Shown here piece by piece: positions 18,701 to 26,637 of a stretch of 64,000 bases of DNA. The position numbers were made by a program, and so were the translations under genes. Every line of letters begins with the position of its first letter. Positions within the stretch are counted from its first letter, which is position 1. Source of the DNA: a virus; IMG/VR virus record IMGVR_UViG_3300048856_000029, positions 24,846-88,845 of that record; one strand, 5' to 3'. The notes under the pieces were generated by a model. The model was not told where the DNA came from. It saw nothing but the letters and a program-made list of their open reading frames with translations, and made no database searches.

Positions 18701-19077
18701 TGTCTGCGCCTGTGATCGACGCGCTTGCCGCCCACGAATTCGGCCGCGACGATGTCTACTGGACTGCGATGCTGAAACGTCCGAAGGCCGGCAAACAGCC
18801 CTCCCCTGACGAGATCCGCATGTATTGGCCCTATCTCGAGAAGGAAATTCAAGCTCTGCAGCCGCCTGTCATCGTGCTGCTCGGTTCCTCGGTCCTGCGC
18901 AAGTTCCTGCCCGACTTCAAGGGCAAGGCGTCGGATGAAGCCGGCAAGGTGGTCTATTCGAAGGAGCTGGATGCAAACCTCGTCGTCGGCTTCAATCCCG
19001 GCGAGCTCTACTACGCGCCCGAAAAGATGGAGCAGCTCGAGGCTGTCTTCGCGTCGGTCGTGGATCTGATCGACTAA
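15724..19077 (+). CDS. dnaE: DNA polymerase III alpha subunit with C-terminal UDG-family-4-like domain
   Basis: PHP N-terminus, GPGRGSVGGSL, ERIDLPDADLDF, KMDILGL, GYGFNKSHS; C-terminal VYWTAMLKRP...EIQALQPPVIVLLG. Confidence 0.95.
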   Translation: MHAILAARTDFSLGESILTAEKLVDIAKDTGAKAIGITDTMAITGMIDFTNRAKKAGVKPVIGVRLRLSEDPTWRPAKGQKKKNMPPEHFLSAYVLTEPGMRAVYRLLTKGNSADRFYYTAKLSYQDLYDELDRIGEGHLAFHLGDTHGVIIRPDIADIVHELVSRVGKNYIFAPLIAMNTPYFGAINARSLTLIKDHGLEPLVIRPAYYEQDQADAHEILTAIAANNKVTDGWHKSTFNRDFHVMKSGDLVEECKQAVNHLTLRGLSGVGPIFKTGLMNTDRLVDMVTYTWEKQPVSLPVMAADEFAKVVEECKKGWAERFSQEVFGHKPTKQELIEVYKPRLSYELEVLKKLSFSGYFLLVQDVVQFSKNAGILVGPGRGSVGGSLVAYLMGITDCDPLRFGLLFERFINPERIDLPDADLDFMSERRHEVVDYLVQKYGDKRVAGVSNFGRLAAASSIRDVAKAFQIPEKDYAVSKFVPKKHGANVPLPECAEQVSEIQEFAEKWPAHWDIMTRLEGTIRNLSQHAAGIVVAGVDIEERAVVERRKGDSAVVCWDKRIVEDQGLVKMDILGLNTLDLIALVLNYIRERHGKRINLMKIPLDDEPTLKNFADGLTVGVFQFESPGMRKLLRELGKDGCISFDDITAATALYRPGPMESGMMDSYYLRKQGLESVDYDHPLMEDVLRETYGVIVYQEQVMKISQVIAGYSGADADKLRKIMGKKLPEEMKKERGKFVDGCVATIRCEADWAGALFDKIEGFAGYGFNKSHSVEYTLISWESMWLKTHYPVEFFAAALTLLDEDRLPTLLRDMKRFGIDINMPDINLSSDRFEILTDVRLSIPFQRIKGISTNTAAAILEARKGGEFKNKKDFLDRVNKSKCNKRHQEVLDLVGAFSRIEPGQPGPNDPGRIRDQLELLPGLITANVPVQRDLDNTKEAKHAIADIVAEYREELSEDGLMVQPLFGKKARFMIITDAPNNPEEQEGMMSYGKMSAPVIDALAAHEFGRDDVYWTAMLKRPKAGKQPSPDEIRMYWPYLEKEIQALQPPVIVLLGSSVLRKFLPDFKGKASDEAGKVVYSKELDANLVVGFNPGELYYAPEKMEQLEAVFASVVDLID

Positions 19078-19093
19078 CGCTGAAAGGAAAATC

Positions 19094-19627
19094 ATGTCCG
19101 ATAAGCCCAAGAAGACCGTGAAGGTCACGAACTACATCGACACCACGCGGCTGAAGGCGGATCTCGCCTACACGCCGGTCAATCTCTCCGACGCCATGAT
19201 GACCCAGGCGAGCCTGTTTGCCCATTATGGCGAGCTGGCCGCGAAGGCATCCCGGCAGGTGGACAATCTCAAGCTGGTGCTCGAAAACACCGAGGCGGCC
19301 GTCTATCGCGTCATCCGCGATGAAGTGACCGACAGGGGCGAGAAGGTCACGGAAGGCCTGCTCGACAAACTGGTGACCCGTCATGAACGGGTGATCAACA
19401 CCAAGAAGGCACTCAACGAGGCCAAGCAGATCGAGGCGGTTGCCAAGACAGCCGTCGAAGCCTTCCGGCACCGGCGCGACATGCTCGTGCAGCAGGGTCT
19501 GATCATGCGCGAGGAACTGAAGGGTGAGGTTGCGATCGGCGCCCGGAATGTCCGCGAGCAGGAGGTCGAGGATCTCAAGGAGCGGTATCTGCAACGGGCG
19601 CAAAATCGCCAGAGCGAAGCTGCTTAA
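19094..19627 (+). CDS. Coiled-coil protein, possibly a UvsY-like recombination mediator
   Basis: Helical with AVEAFRHRRDML; lies between dnaE and the SSB gene; family call tentative. Confidence 0.55.
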   Translation: MSDKPKKTVKVTNYIDTTRLKADLAYTPVNLSDAMMTQASLFAHYGELAAKASRQVDNLKLVLENTEAAVYRVIRDEVTDRGEKVTEGLLDKLVTRHERVINTKKALNEAKQIEAVAKTAVEAFRHRRDMLVQQGLIMREELKGEVAIGARNVREQEVEDLKERYLQRAQNRQSEAA

Positions 19628-19662
19628 TCCTGTCGCACCCGTCAATTTTTGCGCTATTAAGT

Positions 19663-19682
19663 GATAAGTAAATACTGACTGC
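19663..19682 (+). promoter_or_regulatory. Repeated operator copy after a GCTATTAA box
   Basis: GATAAGTAAATACTGACTGC. Confidence 0.8.
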
Positions 19683-19699
19683 TCAGCAAAGGAGACACC

Positions 19700-19942
19700 A
19701 TGAAGCAGATAATCGAAAGTATCCGCGAGTTCTTCGGTCTCGAAGACACCGTCGAGAAGATCGAAAAGCCGATCACCTCGATCGTGTCCAAACTCGGCGC
19801 CTTGGAAGACAAGCACGTCCAGCGCGCACGCCTCGCTCGCGAGGAAGCGGAACGCCGCCTGAAGGCCGCTGAAGCTGCCGAAGCCGCAGCCATCCGCGCC
19901 GCAAAGGCTCGCTCGAAATACGAAGTCGCGTTCGCCGAATAA
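19700..19942 (+). CDS. Small coiled-coil hypothetical protein
   Basis: AAAGGAG RBS, 80 aa. Confidence 0.7.
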   Translation: MKQIIESIREFFGLEDTVEKIEKPITSIVSKLGALEDKHVQRARLAREEAERRLKAAEAAEAAAIRAAKARSKYEVAFAE

Positions 19943-19984
19943 CAGCGATTTTTCCAGTGCATTCCCTCTCGTGATCGTCTATTA

Positions 19985-20018
19985 TTCGATTAGCGATTTA
20001 GCGAAATCGCTAATCGAA
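19985..20018. repeat. Perfect 15-bp inverted repeat in the SSB leader
   Basis: TTCGATTAGCGATTT-agcg-AAATCGCTAATCGAA. Confidence 0.85.
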
Positions 20019-20069
20019 AAGCAGCAAAGCACGAAGCATCAACGCCAAAGCAGAAAAGGAAAAGCAGCA

Positions 20070-21020
20070 ATGGCCCTCTCTCCCGTCCTCCAGAAACTTG
20101 TCTCGCAGGCAGCGAACAAATATTCGCGCAGCTCCGGCTCGCGCATCAAGCCGAAGGAAGGCATCAACCGCTACCGCATCCTGGTTCCCGACGTAAACGC
20201 TCAGTTCTGGGCCGACCTCGGCGTCCACTGGATCAAGACCGAACTCTCCGACGGCGCCAAGCCGATCGCAGTTGTCGGTTGCTCTGACGTCGTCTACGGC
20301 ACGCCCTGCGCCATCGACACCGCTATCGACCAGGCCATCGGCTCCGCGATCGATGAAGATTCCAAGAAGCTGTACGAAAGCTGGCGCGCCCGCAAGTCGG
20401 TCCTCGTCAACGTTCTCGACCGCTCCAAGGGCTCGAGCGATCCGGACGCAGTTCAGATCCTGGAACTCACCCCGACCACGTTCGGCGCCATCATGGGCAT
20501 CGTCCAGCAGTTCGCCGAGGAAGGCGAAGATGTTCTCGACGCCAAGACCGGCATGGACATCGCGATCACCCGTTCCGGCAAGGGCCTCAACACCGAGTAT
20601 ACGGTGAACGTCGCTCCCGGTCAGTCGAAGCCGGTCACGAAGGCTCACCTCGAAGCCTGCCACAACCTCGTCGATCATATCGCGAAGGAATTCTTCAAGG
20701 GCGACGAGAACAAGGCACTCAGCGTCATCAGCCAGACCGCACAGATCAACGTGCCGCGTCTCGCTTCCAAGACGCCGACTGCCGCTCTGACCTCGAAGGC
20801 AGCTTCGGTGCCGGCAGACGACGCTGACGACGCAGCGGCCGATCTCGCCCAGGATCTCGAGGAAGAAGCCGTCGAGCAGGCTCCGGTCAAGGCCGCGGCC
20901 AAGACCACGACTGCCGCCCGCAAGCCGGCCCCGGCTCCCGAGCCGGAGGAAGACGATGCAGCCGCTTCGTCCGATGACGACGATCTGGCTGACGTCCTCA
21001 AGGATCTCGACGACCTGTAA
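20070..21020 (+). CDS. Single-stranded DNA-binding protein, T4 gp32-like
   Basis: RYRILVP, CAI, DIAITRSGKGLNTEYTV; acidic tail DDDDLADVLKDLDDL. Confidence 0.8.
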   Translation: MALSPVLQKLVSQAANKYSRSSGSRIKPKEGINRYRILVPDVNAQFWADLGVHWIKTELSDGAKPIAVVGCSDVVYGTPCAIDTAIDQAIGSAIDEDSKKLYESWRARKSVLVNVLDRSKGSSDPDAVQILELTPTTFGAIMGIVQQFAEEGEDVLDAKTGMDIAITRSGKGLNTEYTVNVAPGQSKPVTKAHLEACHNLVDHIAKEFFKGDENKALSVISQTAQINVPRLASKTPTAALTSKAASVPADDADDAAADLAQDLEEEAVEQAPVKAAAKTTTAARKPAPAPEPEEDDAAASSDDDDLADVLKDLDDL

Positions 21021-21184
21021 GAAAACCGTCGGCGTTCGTCGCGCCGACCGGCAGCCGGATTTGAGTCCGGCCGATATGCGAGACGGTTTTGATCCTTTCC
21101 CGTCTCGCCCTGATCGGAGCCCTGGCTCTCTTCCTCGTTCAAACAGGGCTCCGATCCCCTCCCCGAGCATGAAGGAATACCCCA

Positions 21185-22144
21185 ATGGACCGCTATCTGT
21201 TGATCGATGGCAGCAACATCACCCATGCTGCGAACGGAGCGAAGCCTCTCAAAGTGGGCGACACGCAGGTTCAGGCAATCTTTGGTTTTCTGCGCACGAT
21301 GCGCAAGATCTGCGCCACCTACCCGAACGTCACGCCGGTCGTGCTGTGGGACGGAGCTTCTTGGCGTAATATCGAATACCCGGACTACAAGGCCAACCGC
21401 GAGAAGAAGGACACCAAGTCCGACCAGGTCCAGCAGGAAGCGCGCAAGCAGGCTCGCAAGCAGATGCCGGCGATCAAGAAAGGTCTGTCGCTGCTCGGCG
21501 TGGCCCAGGTGCGTGCCGCAAACATGGAAGCTGATGATCTCGCCGCTATTCTCGGCGATCGCTATCTCGGCAAGGGCGGCAAGGTCATTCTCGTCTCGGG
21601 CGACAAGGACTGGGTCCAGCTCGTCAAGCCGAACATGATGTGGTTCGACCCGATCGTTGATCGCAAGATCCGCACTGCAGAGGACGTCAAGGAAGCGCTT
21701 GGCTACAAGGTCGCTGACTTCAAGCAGTTCCTCGAGCTCAAGGCCATCATGGGCGACATGGGCGACAATATCTCCGGTGTCGGTGGCATCGGTGAGAAGG
21801 GCGCACAGGAGTTCCTCGAGACCTATGGCAGCGTCTCCAACTTCTCGAACATGATCCTGGATAAGAGCCTCGATCCAAAGACCCTGCCGAAGAAGATCCG
21901 CGACTTCGCTGAAAGCGAGGACAAGCAGATCATCTTCCAGCGCAACCTCAAGCTCATGGATCTGCGGACGACGGCTCGTCCCGCGCCACTCAACCTCACT
22001 GTCGACAAGGGCGAGCCCGACACCGACCGTTTCGAGACGTTCTGCAACCGGCTGATGTTCCGCTCGATCACCAAGGATCTGCGGACCTGGCTGAGCGTCT
22101 TCCCCGCCTTCTATCATCTTCAAGAGGAGCTTGCTGCCGCATGA
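21185..22144 (+). CDS. 5'-3' exonuclease / RNase H (FEN family)
   Basis: LLIDGSN, EADD, SGDKDWVQL, GDMGDNISGVGGIGEKGA. Confidence 0.93.
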   Translation: MDRYLLIDGSNITHAANGAKPLKVGDTQVQAIFGFLRTMRKICATYPNVTPVVLWDGASWRNIEYPDYKANREKKDTKSDQVQQEARKQARKQMPAIKKGLSLLGVAQVRAANMEADDLAAILGDRYLGKGGKVILVSGDKDWVQLVKPNMMWFDPIVDRKIRTAEDVKEALGYKVADFKQFLELKAIMGDMGDNISGVGGIGEKGAQEFLETYGSVSNFSNMILDKSLDPKTLPKKIRDFAESEDKQIIFQRNLKLMDLRTTARPAPLNLTVDKGEPDTDRFETFCNRLMFRSITKDLRTWLSVFPAFYHLQEELAAA

Positions 22145-22338
22145 GTGCAGTCGCCATCACGCTTATCATCTGGCTCTATTTCTGCGGCCTGATCGCCACC
22201 GTCTACGTCATGGGGCAGCCGGATTGCCGCGGATATCGCAACCTGACCAGAGCTATCGCAATCCTTGTCTGGCCCGGCTTTTGGGTTGTCGTCTTCGTGC
22301 TCGGCGCGTTCGATGCAATGAGGACGCGCAATGTCTGA
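22141..22338 (+). CDS. Small membrane protein
   Basis: Two hydrophobic segments; ATGA overlaps at both ends. Confidence 0.65.
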   Translation: MSAVAITLIIWLYFCGLIATVYVMGQPDCRGYRNLTRAIAILVWPGFWVVVFVLGAFDAMRTRNV

Positions 22339-22861
22339 AGCCCGGAAAGCCCTCGAAGCCGCAATCGGCAAGATCGGCAAGGCCTACGGCGATCTGCTGA
22401 AGGTGGCCGAAAAGCACGGTGACGATATCGCCAAGGAAGACTACGAGAAGGCCCGCTACTACCTCGACCAGACCATCAAGAAGCTCTGGGACAAGGTCGA
22501 CGTGGTGCGCGACGTGGCAAAGGCGACGTCCGGCGAGTTTTCACTCGACAGTGTCGAAATGCCGGAAATGGTAGAGATGAAGTGGCTCGACAATGCCGGA
22601 GCAATGAGAACGTTCAAGGTGCCGGCCGACAGCGGGCTGGTGAAGCCGGACTGGGGCGGCCCGACCGGTGAGCCGCAGCAGACGCCTTCCGTTGATGGCC
22701 CGCTCGCAGTGAGCGACGGCAAGGTGCTCGCCAAGCAGATCGGCGGCCGGCTGACCAAGGCCGCTAAAGCTGCCCTCGCGCAATCAGTCAAAACTGAATT
22801 ACCCGAATCCTCATCGTCTGACGGCGATGGCGACGACGGTGTGGATTTTATCGACGACTAA
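22331..22861 (+). CDS. Hypothetical protein
   Basis: Coupled ORF with acidic tail DDGVDFIDD. Confidence 0.7.
   Translation: MSEARKALEAAIGKIGKAYGDLLKVAEKHGDDIAKEDYEKARYYLDQTIKKLWDKVDVVRDVAKATSGEFSLDSVEMPEMVEMKWLDNAGAMRTFKVPADSGLVKPDWGGPTGEPQQTPSVDGPLAVSDGKVLAKQIGGRLTKAAKAALAQSVKTELPESSSSDGDGDDGVDFIDD
22782..22801 (+). promoter_or_regulatory. Operator copy embedded in CDS upstream of recA
   Basis: AATCAGTCAAAACTGAATTA. Confidence 0.6.
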
Positions 22862-22871
22862 GGAGAAAGAA

Positions 22872-23990
22872 ATGGCTTCTGCAGCAAGTATCGCATCACT
22901 TTTGGAGGATGCGCTCGGTGGCAGTGACGAGCAGTCGACCGTCACCCACTATCTCGACACCGGTTATCCGCCCTTGAACCACGCTCTGACGCATCGTTGG
23001 GACGGTGGCCTGCCGGTCAAGCGCATCGTGGAGATCTACGGGCCTGAATCCTCTGGCAAGACGGCTCTCGCGACGATGGCAATGGCCGACGCGCAGCGCC
23101 AGGGCGGTTTCGCCGGCTTTAGCGATCATGAACGGTCCTTCGACGAGCCCCAGGGCATCAACCTCGGCCTGTCGACCGATCCGAACAAGTGGCTCTACAA
23201 GAAGCCGCGCACCTTCGAGGAGTCGCTCTCCATCTGCGTCAAGACGGCGACGATCCTGCGCCACAATAACCTCATTCCAGCCGACGCGCCGATCGCCTGG
23301 GTCTTCGACTCCCTCGCCTTCATGGTGCCAAACTCGGCGCTGTTCGAAATGAAGGGTGGCAAGGTCGTCAAGGAGAAGGATACGTCCGATCGCTCCATGC
23401 ACGACAACACCGCGCTCGCTCGTGCGACCTCGGCTCACTTCCCGGCTTTCGCGCAGCACTGCGAAGACCTCAATATCTGCGCGATCTTCCTCAACCAGAT
23501 CCGCATGAACATCGGCGTCACCTACGGCAACCCGGAAACCACACCGGGCGGCAAGACCCCGAAATATGTCTTCTCGCAGCGTATCGCGCTTGGCTCGTCC
23601 AAGATAACCAAGGGCGAAGGCGCCAATGCCGTCGTGCTCGGCGCTCAGATCACGGCCAAGGTGGTCAAGAACAAGGTCTCGCGGCCGTTCGAGACGGCCA
23701 AGTGGCGCTTCGAGTTCCAGGATAACGGTCAGGGTCACTTCGCCGTCGCTCGATCCCTCATCGAGTTCCTCGCCGAAGAGGGCATCTTGAAGAAGGCCGG
23801 CGCCTATATCCAGTGGACTGACGGCAAGAAGTATTTCGCCGTGCAGCTCGCCAAGAAGATCGAGGACGAAGGTCTCATGGACGAGTTGAAGGCGCTGCTG
23901 CCGGATGCCGAGGCCTACGAGGCTCCGGTTGATGTCTCGGATGACGCTGCTGGCACTGGCACCAGCGAAGACGCCGCGGAAGCGGCCTGA
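22872..23990 (+). CDS. recA: RecA/UvsX-like recombinase
   Basis: EIYGPESSGKT, VFDSLA, FLNQIRMNIG, TPGG, KVVKNKVSRPF. Confidence 0.93.
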   Translation: MASAASIASLLEDALGGSDEQSTVTHYLDTGYPPLNHALTHRWDGGLPVKRIVEIYGPESSGKTALATMAMADAQRQGGFAGFSDHERSFDEPQGINLGLSTDPNKWLYKKPRTFEESLSICVKTATILRHNNLIPADAPIAWVFDSLAFMVPNSALFEMKGGKVVKEKDTSDRSMHDNTALARATSAHFPAFAQHCEDLNICAIFLNQIRMNIGVTYGNPETTPGGKTPKYVFSQRIALGSSKITKGEGANAVVLGAQITAKVVKNKVSRPFETAKWRFEFQDNGQGHFAVARSLIEFLAEEGILKKAGAYIQWTDGKKYFAVQLAKKIEDEGLMDELKALLPDAEAYEAPVDVSDDAAGTGTSEDAAEAA

Positions 23991-24001
23991 TCGGAGCGTC
24001 C

Positions 24002-24238
24002 ATGATCGCATATGAAGTCGTCCTGTCGCGCACCGTGACCGTCACCTCGAGGGTGAAGGTCGAGGTTGAGGCGGGCGGCAAGATAGATGCAGGGGCGAAA
24101 GCACTCGCCCTTGCTGAAGAAGGGAAAGTCACCTGGTCAGAGACGCTTGGTGAGGCTCCGCTGCAAGGCGAGATCAAAATCGAGACCGTCATTCCGGTGG
24201 TCGATCTGGATTTCGCCGATGAAGAAATCGAACCCTGA
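24002..24238 (+). CDS. Small hypothetical protein
   Basis: GGAG RBS, TGATG-coupled to the next gene. Confidence 0.6.
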   Translation: MIAYEVVLSRTVTVTSRVKVEVEAGGKIDAGAKALALAEEGKVTWSETLGEAPLQGEIKIETVIPVVDLDFADEEIEP

Positions 24239-24813
24239 TGTTTCGCACCGCGTCGTTTGCGTCTATTTTTCAGAACGAAGCAGATAACAACGACGCGGCG
24301 CAGTTCATGAAGGTCATATCCATCTGGCAGCCCTATGCGACTCTGGTCGTCGAGGGCTTTAAATTTTTCGAGACACGCACCTGGGCGCCGCCCAAGTCGG
24401 TCATCGGACAGCGAATTGGCATCGCTTCGACAAAGAACGTCGTTCCAGCGCAGCGAGCCGAGTTCAACAGCGAGAACTTCCAGTTTTTCTACGAGGATCT
24501 TGGTCTACCAGCGCTCGAGGAATTGCCGATGGGCTATCTACTCGGCACGGTGCTCCTCGACAGCTACGAGGTGATCACGGACGACTTTCTGGATGATATC
24601 ACCGCTGAGGAGCAGGCTTATGGTTGGTATAAGCTGGGTGGTTACGCCTGGCGCTTGAAGAAGCCTGAAAAGCTCGCTCATCCGATCCCGATCCGCGGCG
24701 CACAGGGTCTCTACGAGTGGAAGGGATTCGACAATGGCGCGCAAGCCGAAGGTCAAAACAACGGAGATCAAGCGCGGTCGCAGGATCGTCGGTCGCATCT
24801 ATCACTTTGCTAA
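24238..24813 (+). CDS. ASCH-domain protein (start may be 24307)
   Basis: SIWQPYATLVVEGFKFFETRTW...PIRGAQGLYEW. Confidence 0.85.
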   Translation: MFRTASFASIFQNEADNNDAAQFMKVISIWQPYATLVVEGFKFFETRTWAPPKSVIGQRIGIASTKNVVPAQRAEFNSENFQFFYEDLGLPALEELPMGYLLGTVLLDSYEVITDDFLDDITAEEQAYGWYKLGGYAWRLKKPEKLAHPIPIRGAQGLYEWKGFDNGAQAEGQNNGDQARSQDRRSHLSLC

Positions 24814-25135
24814 CCGCGACGTCTTTCTCGCCAACAAGAAGCTGGACAACCTGATCCGGTTTGGCGAGAAATGCGGCTCGGATGCGGTCCGCAAGGAAGT
24901 CGCAGCCTGGGCGTTGGACGAGGAAACGCTGACTGAGCTCCGGCTCAAGGGCCTCAAATGGGTCGGCGTTCAGGTCCGCAACAATGGCGATATCTACGTC
25001 ACCCACATCTCCAACTACCTGGATTACGAGAAGACGCGCCCACCGGCAGTCGTCAACTCCTCTGTGCAGCGGCGATATCTGCCGCTAAAGTATTTTACTC
25101 ACCTTCCGGGGCGCATGAAGGTTCCGCGCCGCTAA
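24734..25135 (+). CDS. Hypothetical protein
   Basis: 133-aa basic ORF with host-like codon usage. Confidence 0.65.
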   Translation: MARKPKVKTTEIKRGRRIVGRIYHFANRDVFLANKKLDNLIRFGEKCGSDAVRKEVAAWALDEETLTELRLKGLKWVGVQVRNNGDIYVTHISNYLDYEKTRPPAVVNSSVQRRYLPLKYFTHLPGRMKVPRR

Positions 25136-25210
25136 AAGCGTTGTAATTATTTCTTCCCAATTCCGGAATTCTGGATATCCCTAGTGATGTCCAACGAAAG
25201 GTGAGTCTCA

Positions 25211-25393
25211 ATGACCGACAAGAAGCCAACATACATAGTTGCGGAGCACTTTATCCGTACTCCCGCCCTCAATCCGGAACGCCTCGAGAAAAGCTTCATG
25301 CGAACTCCAACGGTGCAACCTGCTGCGAGCACAGCGCCTGCGCAATCCTCGACCGCAACTCCCGCCTCGCCCGCTGCGGAAAAGAAGCCATGA
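25211..25393 (+). CDS. Small peptide ORF with F[IM]RTP repeats
   Basis: FIRTP and FMRTPTVQPAAS; ATGA overlap with the next ORF. Confidence 0.5.
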   Translation: MTDKKPTYIVAEHFIRTPALNPERLEKSFMRTPTVQPAASTAPAQSSTATPASPAAEKKP

Positions 25394-25578
25394 AGATACC
25401 GAAACTCCCGAACCTGCCGGGCGCACCCAATTTGAGCATCCCGATCCCGACGTCGACTTTGGGTAAGGAAGAGGGCGGCTTTATACGCACGCCTATCGTT
25501 CGACCCGCCGCAAGTCAGAGCGATAGCACCAAAAAGTCTGAAGCCCCGAAGCCCGACAGCGGGTCGAAAAAGAAATGA
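25390..25578 (+). CDS. Small peptide ORF, paralogue-like of the upstream peptide
   Basis: FIRTPIVRPAAS; ATGA overlaps at both ends. Confidence 0.5.
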   Translation: MKIPKLPNLPGAPNLSIPIPTSTLGKEEGGFIRTPIVRPAASQSDSTKKSEAPKPDSGSKKK

Positions 25579-26183
25579 AGGAGTGGCTTGATCGGATCCG
25601 CACCTCGGTTGAAACCTTCTGGGGTGTGGATCAAAGCATTCCTCTTTATGGCCCGGATACCACTTGGCTCGATATTCTCGGCGCGGTCAGCTCCGTGTCT
25701 GCTTTTGTCGCGTTGATCTTCGCCGGCATTAGTGTGCTTCAAAATACCAAAAGCCGTAACCTCTCGACCATCGTAGAGTTCACCGCGCAGCTCGCACAAG
25801 AACGACGCTTGGGTTTTGAGGCAAAGGTTTTCGGCGACATGTCCGATTCTCAAATCCACGCCTATCAAATGGCGCATCTGGTGGAATCAGCAGCCTTCAT
25901 CATCAATAGAAACATGATCACAGGCCAAGCGAAGGCGTTCCTATTGGACTGGTTGGCGGTAGAAGTTCCGCATATGGAACAACAGAAAGTCTATCAGGAT
26001 TTGTTTTCATCCACGATAGAGGGCGAAATGGCTGAGTTCTTCCGGCTCCGCAAGAATCTCGCACGGCAGCATGCAAAGCGGGAGCGAGAACTTCTTCAGT
26101 TGCGCCACTGGGACAAACTCGAAAGAGACGATCTCCGAGAACGCGCTGCAGCCCTCCAAAAGAGTTTATCCAGTCAGTATTGA
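25575..26183 (+). CDS. Single-pass membrane protein (accessory cassette)
   Basis: TM segment ILGAVSSVSAFVALIFAGISVL; atypical codon usage. Confidence 0.7.
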   Translation: MKEWLDRIRTSVETFWGVDQSIPLYGPDTTWLDILGAVSSVSAFVALIFAGISVLQNTKSRNLSTIVEFTAQLAQERRLGFEAKVFGDMSDSQIHAYQMAHLVESAAFIINRNMITGQAKAFLLDWLAVEVPHMEQQKVYQDLFSSTIEGEMAEFFRLRKNLARQHAKRERELLQLRHWDKLERDDLRERAAALQKSLSSQY

Positions 26184-26187
26184 CTTG
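26170..26187 (-). promoter_or_regulatory. Repeated operator copy
   Basis: CCAGTCAGTATTGACTTG. Confidence 0.7.
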
Positions 26188-26215
26188 CAGCCCTACACAG
26201 TTCTGTCTATTAAGT

Positions 26216-26235
26216 AGTCAGTAAGAACTGACTGA
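26216..26235 (+). promoter_or_regulatory. Operator copy downstream of a TTGCAG-N18-TATTAA promoter
   Basis: AGTCAGTAAGAACTGACTGA. Confidence 0.7.
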
Positions 26236-26637
26236 ATGGAGAGATGTGTGAAAGAGAAGATGAAAATTCTGGACGACGGCACGGAGATTCCGCAGCGGGT
26301 CTTTGGTCAGCTTTTCGGAGGCGGACAGGCCAAAGCCCGCAAAGTCGTGCGTAGGCTCAAGGTGCGCGACCAGGTCATCGGTTTCACGATCGAGGATATG
26401 AGCCCGTTGAGCGACCTGATCGAAGGCACGTTTCAGGAAAATGAGCGCCTGATGAGCGAGGTTGAAACGCTCCGGGCTCGTATCCAGGAGCTTGAGCGAA
26501 TGCAGGTCGGCGCCTTCGGTCTACCGGTTCGTCGAAAGCGCGGCCGTCCGCGCAAGCATCCCCTCCCCGCGCCCCAGGCAACCTCCAAACCGCGCGTTCG
26601 CGTCAAGGCCTACTCCAACACGGTTTCTGCAGCATGA
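26236..26637 (+). CDS. Hypothetical protein with AT-hook-like motif
   Basis: Coiled coil then RRKRGRPRKHP. Confidence 0.65.
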   Translation: MERCVKEKMKILDDGTEIPQRVFGQLFGGGQAKARKVVRRLKVRDQVIGFTIEDMSPLSDLIEGTFQENERLMSEVETLRARIQELERMQVGAFGLPVRRKRGRPRKHPLPAPQATSKPRVRVKAYSNTVSAA

